From assembly GCF_021028975.2 (NCBI RefSeq), contig NC_059427.1, positions 73,966,001-74,030,000 on the forward strand: 64,000 nucleotides of DNA, read 5' to 3'. Each line of letters starts with the position of its first letter. Position 1 is the stretch's first letter. Below are positions 62,589 through 64,000 of this stretch, piece by piece. Both the position numbers and the translations under genes were made by a program. Source of the stretch: Sphaerodactylus townsendi. Taxonomy: Eukaryota. The notes below the pieces were generated by a model. The model made no database searches. It was not told the origin of the DNA and was given only the letters and a program-made list of their open reading frames with translations.

Positions 62589-63325
62589 GACTCCTAGAAT
62601 CAGTGTTGGAAGAGACCACCAGGGTCATAAAGTCCAACCCTCTGCCATTCAGGAACACACAATCAAAGCACTCCCAAAATATGATCATCCAGCCTCTGTT
62701 CAAAAATCTCCAAAGGAGACTCTACCACTATCCAAGGCAGCGAATTCCACAGTCGAACTGCCCTGACAGTCAGAAAGTTCTTCCTAATGTTTAGGTGGAA
62801 TCTCTTTTCCTGCACCTTGAATCCATTACTCCGTGTCCTAGTCTCTGAGGCAGCAGAAAACAAGCTTGCTTCCTCTTTGACATGACATCCTTTCAAATAT
62901 TTAAACATAGCTATCATTGCCCCCCCCCCCCCACTCTTAAATCTTCGCTTCTCCAGACTAAACATCCCCAGCTCCCTAAGTCTCTCCTTGAAAGGCATGG
63001 ATTCAAGACATTTTACCATTTTGGTTGCCCTCATCTGGACATGTTCCAGCTTGTCAATATTCTTCTTAAATTGTGGTGTCCAGAACTGAACCCAGTACTC
63101 TAGTTGAGGTCTGACTAATGCAGAGTAGAGTGGTACAATTACTTCCCTTTATTTAGTCACTAAACTCTTATTGATGCAACCCACAATTGCATTGGCTTTC
63201 TTGGCTGCCATATCACACTGCTGACTCATGTTGAGTTTGTGGTCTACTAAGACTCCCAGATTCCTTTCACATGTACTGTTGTCAAGCCAGGTGTCACCCA
63301 TCCTATATCTGTGCATTTCCTTTTT
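62589..63325 (-). mobile_element. CR1 LINE 3' end
   Basis: [25 protein letters not shown]...TRSNGFK...[17 protein letters not shown]. Confidence 0.88.
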
Positions 63326-64000
63326 TCATTTTTAAAAATGATTTTATTTGCATTGTAACCTCCCTTGAGTTGCACAAGGTAGAAAGGCAGTTTAAAAACA
63401 GAACAAAACACAACCTGCAGTAGTCAGGCAGGTTCATAAGAGGACAGATAGTCCATCTGCTGAAAGGTTCAGGAGAATTGCCACAGTTTCATTCCCTTTG
63501 TCCATCTCCTCATATAGGTGTCCACAACCAAGGCTGTTTCCAGCCTATAAGGAGACCTAAAATAACATTGGAATGGATCCAAACAATCTGCTTCATTCAA
63601 TCATCTTGCTCAAGAGTGGAATACTCGAGAATGGTCTGGGCCCACAGGAGACATCTTTAGTAGCAGATGCACCAAAACCTGTTTCATGACTTGCATACAG
63701 GTGGCCACCCCCTCTTTCAAAGGAGCAGCCAGTACTTCTCAAAGGAAGAGCAAGCAAGGATCATACAAACAAGTGGTAAGCCTCAACTCCCAAGAACCCT
63801 GACCACAACCTTAGAATAAGTTGGAAGGGATCAAAAGCAACTGGAAGGTCAGCACCTTGGCCCCCCACCTGACCCTGTCACTACTACTGTACAGGCCAAA
63901 TTGGAAAGGATGTGAGATTTTATCTGCAAAGTGCGGAGCAGCAGTCAACCTCTTCCTGTGGGCCAGATCCCAAGAGGCTTCTTCTCTCCTGGAGCAGCTC

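Overview
Eukaryotic genomic DNA from a squamate reptile, most likely a gecko, judged from the SINE/MITE repertoire. It is not prokaryotic, so the six-frame ORF track captures only exon fragments. The window holds the conserved amniote block HIGD2A(-) / NOP16(+) / ARL10(-) / KIAA1191(+) / SIMC1(-), the same order and relative orientation I recall for human 5q35.2. I reconstructed complete spliced CDSs with consistent phases for HIGD2A (2 exons, 103 aa), NOP16 (5 exons, 180 aa), ARL10 (4 exons, 237 aa) and KIAA1191 (7 coding exons, 311 aa), plus SIMC1 exons 2-10; SIMC1 exon 1 lies beyond the window end. Introns and intergenic DNA are dense in transposon remnants: Squam-type and 5S-derived SINEs, CR1, L2 and RTE-X-like LINE ends, hAT MITEs with 8-bp TSDs, Harbinger-like MITEs, a solo LTR, DIRS remnants and Penelope pieces. 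Most notable: (1) two apparent compensated frameshifts in SIMC1; (2) a Penelope-derived palindrome carrying a hammerhead ribozyme core on each strand in KIAA1191 intron 1; (3) a hAT MITE family carrying paired ZNF143/THAP11-type motifs, one copy forming a long hairpin in the ARL10 3' UTR; (4) a nested DIRS-in-DIRS structure; (5) a strong-Kozak uORF in the KIAA1191 leader. I found no evidence for a wholly new gene system. Orthologue comparisons rely on recalled human sequences, and repeat family names rely on motif recognition; both need database confirmation.
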